The position numbers and the translations under genes are program-made. The notes beneath the pieces are model-generated. The model searched no databases. It was not told where the DNA came from and worked only from the letters and a program-made list of their open reading frames with translations. From a virus (Duplodnaviria; Caudoviricetes): 43,310 nucleotides of DNA. Positions 10,444 to 19,026 of this stretch are shown piece by piece (the stretch's first letter is position 1; every line of letters starts with the position of its first letter). The stretch lies in IMG/VR virus record IMGVR_UViG_3300009678_000027, positions 1 to 43,310 of that record; one strand, 5' to 3'.

Positions 10444-10797
10444 ATGAGTGAAGTGATATGGAAAGTTGACGTATCGGACGAATTTTTAGAGTTCACAGAA
10501 GTACCAAGGCCGGAAGATTTTGAATCAATGGCTATTGAACATGATTATGATGAGTTTGGCGGGATTTATTGCGGTAATCGAGGCTTTGGAGACAAATATT
10601 TTAAACTTCATAGAAAACTAAAAGCATCAAATTTTTATTCAGGTTATTGCGGAAGTATTACTACGTTCAAAGATGAATGGGGTAATTTCAGTTTAAGAAG
10701 ATGGCGGGAGGCGTTCGGGTTTGCTTATGCGTGGAGTCCAAATACATTTTACGATTATAAAGGGCAGCTTTATACAAAAGGCTGTAATTTCTTATGA
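10444..10797 (+). CDS. Hypothetical protein
   Basis: ATG at 10444 after AT-rich leader; aromatic-rich; ATGA overlap with next gene. Confidence 0.6.
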   Translation: MSEVIWKVDVSDEFLEFTEVPRPEDFESMAIEHDYDEFGGIYCGNRGFGDKYFKLHRKLKASNFYSGYCGSITTFKDEWGNFSLRRWREAFGFAYAWSPNTFYDYKGQLYTKGCNFL

Positions 10798-10970
10798 CAA
10801 AGGCGGAAATTTTAGCAGGACTAAAAGCCAAAAACATTTTGGAAGTTAGCGGTAATAAAGATCCGTTGTGGCAGGAGGCTTTCAAACTGTACTATGCTGA
10901 GACGAAACAGCGTCTTAGTCCAAGCTGCGGTAGCTGCTATAACCGCTTACGTAGTTGGCTGAAGGCATGA
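10794..10970 (+). CDS. 58-aa CxxC protein (not in ORF track)
   Basis: MTKAEILAGLK...RLSPSCGSCYNRLRSWLKA; ATGA overlaps at both ends. Confidence 0.75.
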   Translation: MTKAEILAGLKAKNILEVSGNKDPLWQEAFKLYYAETKQRLSPSCGSCYNRLRSWLKA

Positions 10971-11125
10971 GATACGCAAGGCAAAGATTCACCATATTCC
11001 AAAAAGTTGCTACAGTCGATGGCATTGGTAAAATATTTGCCATTGATTATACGAGAAGGATATGTGATGTTGTTTGTGATGGTTTTACTAAGCTTTGTCA
11101 TTTTTCAGATTTAGTAAAAGCATGA
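10967..11125 (+). CDS. 52-aa hypothetical protein (not in ORF track)
   Basis: MRYARQRFTIFQKVATVDGIGKIFAIDY...; ATGA overlaps at both ends. Confidence 0.6.
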   Translation: MRYARQRFTIFQKVATVDGIGKIFAIDYTRRICDVVCDGFTKLCHFSDLVKA

Positions 11126-11775
11126 CGGAACTTTACCAATTATTTTACAAAGATGAACAGAAAGAAAAGCTACTCCCTTTTGCAATTCCTTATAAGACAG
11201 AGGGGCTTACCATTTTCTTCGAGAGTGATTGGATTAGTAAGCTGGTTTCTGGCTCGGATGCTGAGAAAATAGGCGTCACTAGCTGGAAATTACGCGATAA
11301 AATGCGGGCTCGTGTTGGTTTGCGTGTACCGTTATCGTTAGAGGTGCTAAATTCTGATTATGAAGTTTTGTCATTGACTAAAAACAGTAAAAAACACACC
11401 ATGTTAGCTCATTTGTACCACTGGCATCCTAAAAGCAAGCAAGCGATGGAGCTTTTATGGCAGAAATTAGGCTTTAAGTTGTGTGGAGAGGTGAAAAATC
11501 CGATTTATCAGAACCATTACGTGGCAAATAGGGAAATTTATCAGGATTACGTTAATAATTTCCTAAATCCAGCGATGGAGTTGATAAAAACCGATGAAGA
11601 GCTGAATAATTTGATGATGAGCGAGTCAAATTACGGAAAACTGAACCGGGAAGCAGATATACGGAGCGTTAAGGCGAAATTAGGGCTGAATTACTACCCG
11701 CTAGCGCCTTTTATCCTTGAAAGGTGTCCATCGTGTTTTTTTCAGATGAAAAACTATAATATATCCTACTTATGA
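11122..11775 (+). CDS. Putative glycosyltransferase, DUF4422/GT111-like
   Basis: IGVTSWK, PIYQNHYVANREIYQDY, PFILER resemble DUF4422 motifs; heads the GT cluster. Confidence 0.5.
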   Translation: MTELYQLFYKDEQKEKLLPFAIPYKTEGLTIFFESDWISKLVSGSDAEKIGVTSWKLRDKMRARVGLRVPLSLEVLNSDYEVLSLTKNSKKHTMLAHLYHWHPKSKQAMELLWQKLGFKLCGEVKNPIYQNHYVANREIYQDYVNNFLNPAMELIKTDEELNNLMMSESNYGKLNREADIRSVKAKLGLNYYPLAPFILERCPSCFFQMKNYNISYL

Positions 11776-11867
11776 CTAAAAAGGAAGACGTAAAAGGAAT
11801 AGCAGCCACTATTTTTTTCATTGCTTTGGTTTATGTGAGTTCTTATTATGGATGCGTAGGAATATGA
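11772..11867 (+). CDS. 31-aa single-TM peptide (not in ORF track)
   Basis: MTKKEDVKGIAATIFFIALVYVSSYYGCVGI; ATGA overlaps at both ends. Confidence 0.5.
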   Translation: MTKKEDVKGIAATIFFIALVYVSSYYGCVGI

Positions 11868-12544
11868 TCTCAATTATCCTTCCTACGCGGTCACGTCCTG
11901 ATAAATCAGCAGAAACAACTGATAAATGGTTAGAAAGTTCTAGCGACTGGACAAAATTGCAATTAATAGTATCTATTGATGAAGATGATCCAGAATTAGA
12001 GACATATCAATGGATTTATCATAAAGCCATCGTTAATAAAAACCGTTCGTGTGTTGACGCAATTAATAATGCCGCTAAAGTAGCAACAGGTGATATTTTT
12101 ATAGTCGTTTCGGACGATACAGATTGTTTCAAAGATTGGGATCTTGCCTTACTCAAAGAAGTTGAAGGAAAGTCTGACTATCTTTTAAAAACCAAAGACG
12201 GTATTCAAGATTACATAGTTACCATGACTGTCATGGATCGCACCTATTACGAGCGTGACGGCTTCATCTATCATTCTGACTTCAAACATCAGTTTGCAGA
12301 TACTTACCTGACGTGCGTAGCTGACATCAGAGGACGGCTAATTAAATCTGACTTGGTATTTCCACATAAACATTACAGTCATTTAAAAGAATCCCCTGAC
12401 GCTTTGAATGTTAGGAATGACGCTACATGGAAAGAAGGACAAGATACTTTTGTTAGACTAATGAAACAATTCACCCCAGAGGAACGGGCAAGAATTAAAG
12501 ATCCAGGAATGAAAAATTGGTTACGAAATCACGGTGTGAGATGA
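11864..12544 (+). CDS. GT-A fold glycosyltransferase (GT2-like)
   Basis: SIILPTRSRP, IVSIDEDD, AINNAA, VVSDD, late HKHY. Confidence 0.85.
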   Translation: MISIILPTRSRPDKSAETTDKWLESSSDWTKLQLIVSIDEDDPELETYQWIYHKAIVNKNRSCVDAINNAAKVATGDIFIVVSDDTDCFKDWDLALLKEVEGKSDYLLKTKDGIQDYIVTMTVMDRTYYERDGFIYHSDFKHQFADTYLTCVADIRGRLIKSDLVFPHKHYSHLKESPDALNVRNDATWKEGQDTFVRLMKQFTPEERARIKDPGMKNWLRNHGVR

Positions 12545-13134
12545 AATTTTTAATCCTGATATGCTCTCTTCCTGAACGAGCTAACAAGCTCAAGCGGTTG
12601 ACTTTAGAACTTGACAAGCAAAAGGAAAAGTATCATGGATTAGTAAACTATAAAATCAATGACGCCGGGCCTTCGATGACAACAGGAACAAAGAGAAATA
12701 TTCTAATAGAACAGAATCACTGTGAATACTTTTCTTTTATCGATGATGATGACCATGTGTCTGACAGGTATGTTGATTTAATAATGACAGCACTTGAGAC
12801 TAACCCGGATGTAGTCACTTTCAACGGGTGGTATACTGAATACGGAATGAACAGGAGAAATTTCACTATAAGGCTAGGATCAAAGTATTATGAAGATGCT
12901 AAACATCCTGAATTTTACTACCATAGGTTTCCAAATCATTTGTCTGTCTTTAAAAGGTCACTAGTTCAGCAAGTTAAATTCCCTGACTTATGGAAGCGGG
13001 AAGATTATTTATGGGCCGAACAAATAGATAAAAGAAAACTATTAAAGACTGAAGTCCATATTCCTGAAATGTTGTACTGGTATGACTGCGAACCTAAATC
13101 AACCGTGTATGCACGACGCACTAAGATACGCTAG
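12541..13134 (+). CDS. GT2-like glycosyltransferase
   Basis: ILICSLPER, GTKRN, FSFIDDDD, REDYLW. Confidence 0.88.
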   Translation: MKFLILICSLPERANKLKRLTLELDKQKEKYHGLVNYKINDAGPSMTTGTKRNILIEQNHCEYFSFIDDDDHVSDRYVDLIMTALETNPDVVTFNGWYTEYGMNRRNFTIRLGSKYYEDAKHPEFYYHRFPNHLSVFKRSLVQQVKFPDLWKREDYLWAEQIDKRKLLKTEVHIPEMLYWYDCEPKSTVYARRTKIR

Positions 13135-13759
13135 CCAAATAGCTTACTCATCAAAAGAGGTATTGAAATTCTCGTTTGACATGGCTGTCAAGTATAAGGA
13201 TAGTCCAGGGGTTTACGTAGAGGCTGGCGTTGCTGCAGGGGCACAAATTATAGCTATGGCCGCAGGCGCTCCGAATAAAACTATCTACGCTTTTGATTCA
13301 TTCGAAGGAATACCATTGCCATCTAATAGGGATAACCAAATGCCTGGTGTTAGGTTCCTGAAAGATTGGGAACAGAAAGCTCTGCCAGATCCGGGCAAGC
13401 AAGTACTTGAAACAACTGGCGCAACTGCGGTTACTTTAGAAAGTTTTGAAACTCATATACTAACTTCAGTTGAAAATCCACACAGGGTAATTCCTATTAA
13501 AGGTTGGTTTGAATTAACGTTACCATATTTTGAAATTGAACCTATTTCAATCCTTAGACTGGATGGTGATCTATATAACTCTACTTATGTCTGCTTAAAA
13601 TACTTGTATCCTAAAGTCATCAAAGGAGGATTAGTTATCGTGGATGATATTCAATTACCCGGGTGTAGATTGGCGGTTGAGGATTATTTTAATGATACTA
13701 ATCAAATATTACCAGGAAGAACCTGGATTGATGGAACTGTATATTTCTACAAACCATAG
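13109..13759 (+). CDS. TylF/MycF/NovP-family sugar O-methyltransferase
   Basis: YVEAGVAAG, AFDSFEGIP, KGWFELTLP, LRLDGDLYNST, GGLVIVDD. Confidence 0.92.
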   Translation: MHDALRYASQIAYSSKEVLKFSFDMAVKYKDSPGVYVEAGVAAGAQIIAMAAGAPNKTIYAFDSFEGIPLPSNRDNQMPGVRFLKDWEQKALPDPGKQVLETTGATAVTLESFETHILTSVENPHRVIPIKGWFELTLPYFEIEPISILRLDGDLYNSTYVCLKYLYPKVIKGGLVIVDDIQLPGCRLAVEDYFNDTNQILPGRTWIDGTVYFYKP

Positions 13760-13764
13760 CCAAT

Positions 13765-14376
13765 ATGTATTCACAAAATTTAGAAGAATACCACATTTTA
13801 GAATACTTCGGCGACTTCGTTGGAACCTTCCTTGATATAGGTTGCAACGATTGCCTAACTTTCTCTAACACTCGCGCACTCGCTTTAAATGGGTGGAAAG
13901 GCGTCTTCATTGATCCTTCTCCTAAAGCTATGCAACGATGTAAGGTTTTATACAATGGTCACAAGGGTTATTACTTTTATGAGGTGGCTATTTCTGACCA
14001 CAACGGTAAAGGTATTCTTCAGGAGTCCGGCCCTCTTTGCTCTGCTACGGACGTGGGTTTAGTTTCAACTTTCCATCAATCAGAAATGGAACGATTCAAA
14101 AGGACGGTAAAGTATGAACCAATAGAGGTAACTACTTTCAGATGGAAGACATTTCATAACCGTTTAAAGAGTACTAAAATAACTCACTTTGATTTCATCT
14201 CACTGGATGCTGAAGGTCACGATCTTGAAATACTTTCACAATTAGATTTAAGGAATGTACGCGCGATCTGTATAGAATGGAATTCTAAACAAGAACTGAA
14301 AATAGAATTTGAAAAGTATTTGTACGGGTTTACTTTACTTTATACGTCAGGGGAAAACTTAGTATACGGAAGATGA
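13765..14376 (+). CDS. FkbM-family SAM methyltransferase
   Basis: YSQNLEE, FLDIGCND, SNT, GWKGVFIDP, DFISLDAEGHDLEIL. Confidence 0.92.
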   Translation: MYSQNLEEYHILEYFGDFVGTFLDIGCNDCLTFSNTRALALNGWKGVFIDPSPKAMQRCKVLYNGHKGYYFYEVAISDHNGKGILQESGPLCSATDVGLVSTFHQSEMERFKRTVKYEPIEVTTFRWKTFHNRLKSTKITHFDFISLDAEGHDLEILSQLDLRNVRAICIEWNSKQELKIEFEKYLYGFTLLYTSGENLVYGR

Positions 14377-14987
14377 TAGTAGTAAATTTTGCCACTAAAC
14401 ACTACATGAGGGGCCAAAGAAGGTTATCAGAATCCCTCAATGGTCATAAACAATTGATGTTAAGTGATTACGTCAGCTTAGGTTCACCGGATCATTCAGA
14501 TTCGCCGTATGCCTTTAAGTGTTATGCTATTGAATCAGCTCTTAATTACGATGATATAGTTCTTTGGGCTGACTGTTCTATGAAACTAGTTGGTGATTTA
14601 TCCAAGATAGAAAAGATCATTTTGGAGGATGGTTATTTTTTTCAGGAAGCAGGACATTATGTTCGTGATTGGTGTATGCCTGAAACCATGAAATACTTTG
14701 GACTTACAAAAGAAACTAACTATCTTATGTTCATAGCAGGGTTGATAGGTATTAATAAAAACAACCCGTTGGCTATGCAATGGTTTAAAGAATGGAAACA
14801 ATCTGAAAAAGATGGACATTTTAAAGGTCCGTGGGATCGACATCGCCACGACATGGTCTGCGGATCTATACTTGCTGAAAAGCATGGAATGAAATATCAA
14901 AGAGGCGGTAGTTACATCGCATACATAGGACCAGGATATCAACCACCAGAACCAGGAATAGTTTTTACTTGTCAGGGTATAATATGA
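14373..14987 (+). CDS. Putative GT-A glycosyltransferase
   Basis: YAFK..AI, LWADCS, AGLIG, HRHD motif. Confidence 0.65.
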   Translation: MIVVNFATKHYMRGQRRLSESLNGHKQLMLSDYVSLGSPDHSDSPYAFKCYAIESALNYDDIVLWADCSMKLVGDLSKIEKIILEDGYFFQEAGHYVRDWCMPETMKYFGLTKETNYLMFIAGLIGINKNNPLAMQWFKEWKQSEKDGHFKGPWDRHRHDMVCGSILAEKHGMKYQRGGSYIAYIGPGYQPPEPGIVFTCQGII

Positions 14988-15475
14988 AAGAAATCATTAT
15001 AAACTCAAAGCGTTACGGTGTTTTAAAAGCAAAGGTAGACGATCAAGATTATGACCGATTAAAGTGTTTTAATTGGAATATAAGCTTAAGCAAAGGAAAT
15101 TTGTACGTAACCTGTAGGCAATTCTTTCCGGATGACAAAAAGCGAAAGGTAAAAATGCACCAGGTTGTAATGATGCCATATGACAATACTAAATTTGTGG
15201 TGGACCATAAAGATAATGATGCTTTAAATAATCAAAGAGAAAATCTAAGGTTAGCCACATTTCAACAAAACAGCCACAACAGACGGCCACTTAAAAACAA
15301 GTTATCTAAATTTAAAGGGGTATCTTTTTTTCAAAATGGGTACACTGTCGCAATTGTTAAGGATGGAAAAAAGATTTATGGTGGACGGTTTAAAAATGAA
15401 TTGGATGCCGCTAAGCACTGGAATTCGTTAGCTATGGAACATCACGGGGAATTTGCTTATCAAAATCCAGTTTGA
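14984..15475 (+). CDS. HNH-AP2 homing endonuclease
   Basis: VDDQDY, MHQVVM, VVDHKDNDALNNQRENLR, SKFKGV, GRFKNELDAA..N...HGEFA. Confidence 0.92.
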   Translation: MKEIIINSKRYGVLKAKVDDQDYDRLKCFNWNISLSKGNLYVTCRQFFPDDKKRKVKMHQVVMMPYDNTKFVVDHKDNDALNNQRENLRLATFQQNSHNRRPLKNKLSKFKGVSFFQNGYTVAIVKDGKKIYGGRFKNELDAAKHWNSLAMEHHGEFAYQNPV

Positions 15476-15478
15476 GAA

Positions 15479-15751
15479 ATGGATGATTATAAAAACTATT
15501 CTGATTTCGTAGATCATTTCCATGAAACTACTAAAGGTACGATGTGCTATGTAAACTGGGTGGACAACTGGTTATGGAGTAACGGGTATAGGATCAATTT
15601 CGCCGGCGGAATAATACCTGAAAGGCATTGGCACAAAGAGGGGTTTAAAAACGTGGTGGTAAGGAATACGGAAGTTAATATGTCTATGTACCTGCCAACT
15701 ACGGAGAAGCAGTTAGTTGATTGGCTTTATAACGGGAAATATTGGAGATGA
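15479..15751 (+). CDS. Hypothetical protein
   Basis: 90-aa ORF in operon. Confidence 0.6.
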   Translation: MDDYKNYSDFVDHFHETTKGTMCYVNWVDNWLWSNGYRINFAGGIIPERHWHKEGFKNVVVRNTEVNMSMYLPTTEKQLVDWLYNGKYWR

Positions 15752-16035
15752 TAGACCTAATTTTACATTTGTTTTTAGCTTCCTTCTGGATATTCGGTGT
15801 CAGAACACTGTTTAGCCATGACAACTTACTTTATCCTGTTTACGAATGGGCTGAGAAGAATATCAACGAATATTTATTAAAGCCTACTATTTCATGCGTC
15901 ATGTGTATGAGTTCGGTACATGGGGCTGCGTGGTTCTTCCTGTTCTTATATCCGTTGTTTGATTGGTATATCGTGTTTTTATTTATGGTGTGTTTGTGTG
16001 GGCTAAATTCAATTATAGATAGTGCTATAAATTAG
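15748..16035 (+). CDS. Small membrane protein with CxxC (DUF1360-like)
   Basis: Three hydrophobic segments; KPTISCVMCMSSVHG. Confidence 0.65.
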   Translation: MIDLILHLFLASFWIFGVRTLFSHDNLLYPVYEWAEKNINEYLLKPTISCVMCMSSVHGAAWFFLFLYPLFDWYIVFLFMVCLCGLNSIIDSAIN

Positions 16036-16116
16036 AAATCCCCCAGCAACCCACCGGGGGACTCTTATGCCTTTTTCAGCTACGGTATACAGGTTGAACC
16101 GCACATCGTAAATTTA
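16033..16116 (-). ncRNA. Candidate antisense two-hairpin small RNA with complementary loops
   Basis: Minus strand: TAAATTTA box; ugcggu/accgua stem with loop CAACCUG; gucccccgg/cugggggau stem with loop UGGGUUG; the G-U pairs form only on this strand. Confidence 0.5.
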
Positions 16117-16185
16117 CGCAATTTAAATGCCTAAATAAAAAATTTAAACTTTATTTAAATCGAATTAATATTTATACTGAAATAG

Positions 16186-16193
16186 TATATTTG
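16186..16193 (+). promoter_or_regulatory. Bacteroidota -7 promoter box TATATTTG for the HNH gene
   Basis: Exact TAnnTTTG 7 nt before ATG 16201, in an AT-rich gap. Confidence 0.65.
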
Positions 16194-16200
16194 GGATACT

Positions 16201-16677
16201 ATGGAAGAGTGGAAAACAATAGAATATCACCCAAATTATGAAGTTAGTTCATTTGGTAATATTAGAAGAAAAGACGGAAAGATAATTAGCCAATGGCAAT
16301 TGAATAATGGGTATATGCAAACTCAATTCAATACTAAGAAAAAATATCAAGTTCACAGGTTGGTTGCAAAAGCGTTTATTCCTGGAGAGTTCCCCGGGGC
16401 AGTCATAAATCATCTTGACGGAGTCAGAGACAATAATCATTATCAGAATTTAGAATGGTGCGATCAATCAAGGAATATAAAACATTCTTATGATTCTGGA
16501 AGACATTCTAAAAAAGGTGTTAGACATCATATGGCATTATTTTCTGAAATTGAAGTATTAGAAATAAGATGTTCAAGAGAATCAGGTAAGACATATGGAG
16601 AGATAGCTAAATGTTATGGTGTGAAATATGGAACGATAGCAGCTATTTGCAGGCGTGAAAACTGGAAACATATATGA
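16201..16677 (+). CDS. NUMOD4-HNH homing endonuclease with C-terminal HTH
   Basis: EEWKTI..YEVSSFGNIR, VHRLVAKAFI, INHLDGVRDNNHYQNLEWC, EIAKCYGV. Confidence 0.93.
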   Translation: MEEWKTIEYHPNYEVSSFGNIRRKDGKIISQWQLNNGYMQTQFNTKKKYQVHRLVAKAFIPGEFPGAVINHLDGVRDNNHYQNLEWCDQSRNIKHSYDSGRHSKKGVRHHMALFSEIEVLEIRCSRESGKTYGEIAKCYGVKYGTIAAICRRENWKHI

Positions 16678-17444
16678 AACTTGTCGCAATATTTTGTGTG
16701 TGGAGCGATTGGGATTGGCTTTATGAATCTTTTAAACGCATCCGTCCACTAGTTGAAGGGATAATAATTGTAGCTTCTGAAAAATCTAACTGGGGTGAAG
16801 TTTCACCAATACCTGAAGAGTGGAAAACTTTTGTGGATATTCGGGAACCGTTTTTTAATCACCCGTTAAATTGTGAAACTGATAAGCGGAATTTTGGGTT
16901 ACAGTTAGCCAAACAGCGAGGCTTTACCCACTTCATAACTTTAGATGCTGATGAACTGTATGAACCTGAAGCATTTTTAAAAGCTAAGGAAAGGTTTCAC
17001 ATGGAACCGGACTTGCAAGGATTGGTTTGTAAAACACAGGTTTACTTTAAGTCTCCAAAACTAACTCTAGGTTTCGATCATACATTGGTGCCATTCATAC
17101 ATAGATTAAATCCACTCATAAAGCATGAATTCAACAAGCGTTACCCTTATGCCTGGGATAACGGTCACTTACATATTGATCCGTCCCGAAGTTTAAATAT
17201 TAACTCAGGGGTTAAAATGGATGAAGCGGTGATGCATCATTTTTCTTGGGTACGTAAGGACTATGAAAAGAAAATAAGGAATTCAACGGCCCGAAATAAT
17301 ATTTTACAAGATAAAACCTTACTGCAATCACTTCTGCACGCAAAGGAAGGAGATTATATTGAATTTTACCGGACGCGGTTAGCTCGTGCAACCGTTGACT
17401 TTGGAATTCCGGAATTCTATGAACGTCCTTTACAAAGTATATAA
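16674..17444 (+). CDS. GT2-like glycosyltransferase
   Basis: ETDKRN, FITLDADE, MHHFSWVR. Confidence 0.8.
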   Translation: MKLVAIFCVWSDWDWLYESFKRIRPLVEGIIIVASEKSNWGEVSPIPEEWKTFVDIREPFFNHPLNCETDKRNFGLQLAKQRGFTHFITLDADELYEPEAFLKAKERFHMEPDLQGLVCKTQVYFKSPKLTLGFDHTLVPFIHRLNPLIKHEFNKRYPYAWDNGHLHIDPSRSLNINSGVKMDEAVMHHFSWVRKDYEKKIRNSTARNNILQDKTLLQSLLHAKEGDYIEFYRTRLARATVDFGIPEFYERPLQSI

Positions 17445-19026
17445 CTACGTTTCTAACTTCGTCCAGCGCGAGTTCGCGTATTCTTCACAAGTAGATCACG
17501 GTAATTACCTACCCTTCGGGGCTGACGACTCTTTCCCTACCCGATTAACTAAACTAGTTCAAGGCTCCCCGACAGCAACTTCATGTCTTTCGACATGGGC
17601 TGACTTCATAGCAGGGGAGGGATTTAATGAGGGTGAAGACTTAGAAAACCTAAAAGTCAATCTAGCCGGATTAACATTCTTTCAGTTTCACGCGGTTCAG
17701 TCTGTTTCAATGGCTAAACATTGGGGCGTTGCTACGCTTGTAAAATACAACCGCGTGGGGCAAATTACTCAGTTTACCGATTTGCCTTTCGGTTCCTGTC
17801 GGTTGGGGAAGCCTGATGACAACGGGCTAATTTCTAAAATCATTTATAACCCATACTTCGGAACCGGGTTTTACCGTCACGAAGACAACAAAGTCTATGA
17901 CGTATACAATCCAAATGAGGCACCTACTCAAGCGGCGAATGACCCCAGGTGGAAGGGGCAAATCTATTGGTTCGGAATTCGGGATGACAAAGATCCATTT
18001 TATCCTATACCAGACTACTACTCAGCGCAGCATTGGATGAACGTTGAAAAGAATGCGGCGATTTATTTCGATGACAACTTAGAAAACGGGTTCCTTCAGG
18101 ATGTAATCATGAAAATGATCGGCAATCCGAATGATGCCAGTGGGGTAAAGAAGAACGATACCGATGAATACACTAAGGGTGAGTTGTTCGACAAGGAGAT
18201 GACTAACAACTTCGCAGGGGCTAAGAACAGACACAGGATTTTAGCGATGTGGGGCGATAACAAGGACGAACATCCAAGCTTAGAACCGTTTCCAACAGCA
18301 GGGAATCCTGATCTTTTCAGAGTTCAGGACGAACACGCGATCAAGAAAATAACCATCGCCACGAAAGTACCTGGAGTCCTGGCGAATATTCAGGATACAA
18401 ATAATTTTTCAGGTGAACAGATCCGGCCGGCTGTGAAGCTCATGCAGCAAAGGGCTGTTAGACCTCAATCACTTTTAATAAAAATCTATCAGGATCTTCT
18501 CTCGAATATGGTCAATCCAATTACTGACCCGATTTCGATAGTAAGTTACAACCCTTACCCAGAAGATAATACGGTTGATCCGCAAACATGGTCTGTTTTA
18601 AGTCAGGAAGAGAAAAGAAAATGGGTTCGGGACAATACAGAAATAGATTTAGCTGAAGAAAACGTAACAACAGCTACAGAAACACCGGTAGAACCAGTTC
18701 CGCCGGCAGAAAATAAGATTTTAAATCTTCATTTCAATAGTTATCCTGAAAAAGCGAAGGAGAACGTAAAAAGATCACTCGAATGGCAGGAAAAAATGCA
18801 AAAAGAGTGCGGTGGAAGAGAGGGGAAGAAGTTTTCAGACGATATAATTAATGGTATACCGTTAGGACCGGCACAAATTAGAAGGTTAAGCAGATATTTG
18901 AGTAAAAATGCTATTCATTCAGATAAACCGTGGGCAGAAAGCTGCGAAGCTGTTGCTTTTTATGCATGGGGGGGACCTGAAATGATGCTTTGGGCTAATG
19001 ATAAGGCTAAAGAGTTAAAAGGATGA
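17419..19026 (+). CDS. Portal protein with C-terminal accessory domain
   Basis: PFGADDSFP, SPTATSC, YPIPDY, NGF, FAGAKN motifs; extra SYPEKAKEN...AWGG domain after a Pro/Thr linker. Confidence 0.85.
   Translation: MNVLYKVYNYVSNFVQREFAYSSQVDHGNYLPFGADDSFPTRLTKLVQGSPTATSCLSTWADFIAGEGFNEGEDLENLKVNLAGLTFFQFHAVQSVSMAKHWGVATLVKYNRVGQITQFTDLPFGSCRLGKPDDNGLISKIIYNPYFGTGFYRHEDNKVYDVYNPNEAPTQAANDPRWKGQIYWFGIRDDKDPFYPIPDYYSAQHWMNVEKNAAIYFDDNLENGFLQDVIMKMIGNPNDASGVKKNDTDEYTKGELFDKEMTNNFAGAKNRHRILAMWGDNKDEHPSLEPFPTAGNPDLFRVQDEHAIKKITIATKVPGVLANIQDTNNFSGEQIRPAVKLMQQRAVRPQSLLIKIYQDLLSNMVNPITDPISIVSYNPYPEDNTVDPQTWSVLSQEEKRKWVRDNTEIDLAEENVTTATETPVEPVPPAENKILNLHFNSYPEKAKENVKRSLEWQEKMQKECGGREGKKFSDDIINGIPLGPAQIRRLSRYLSKNAIHSDKPWAESCEAVAFYAWGGPEMMLWANDKAKELKG

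Noticed and set aside
11122-17444. Glyco cassette as a DNA hypermodification system
   Set aside because: No hydroxymethylase, TET/JBP or polymerase visible, and it sits among late structural genes; disfavoured but not excluded
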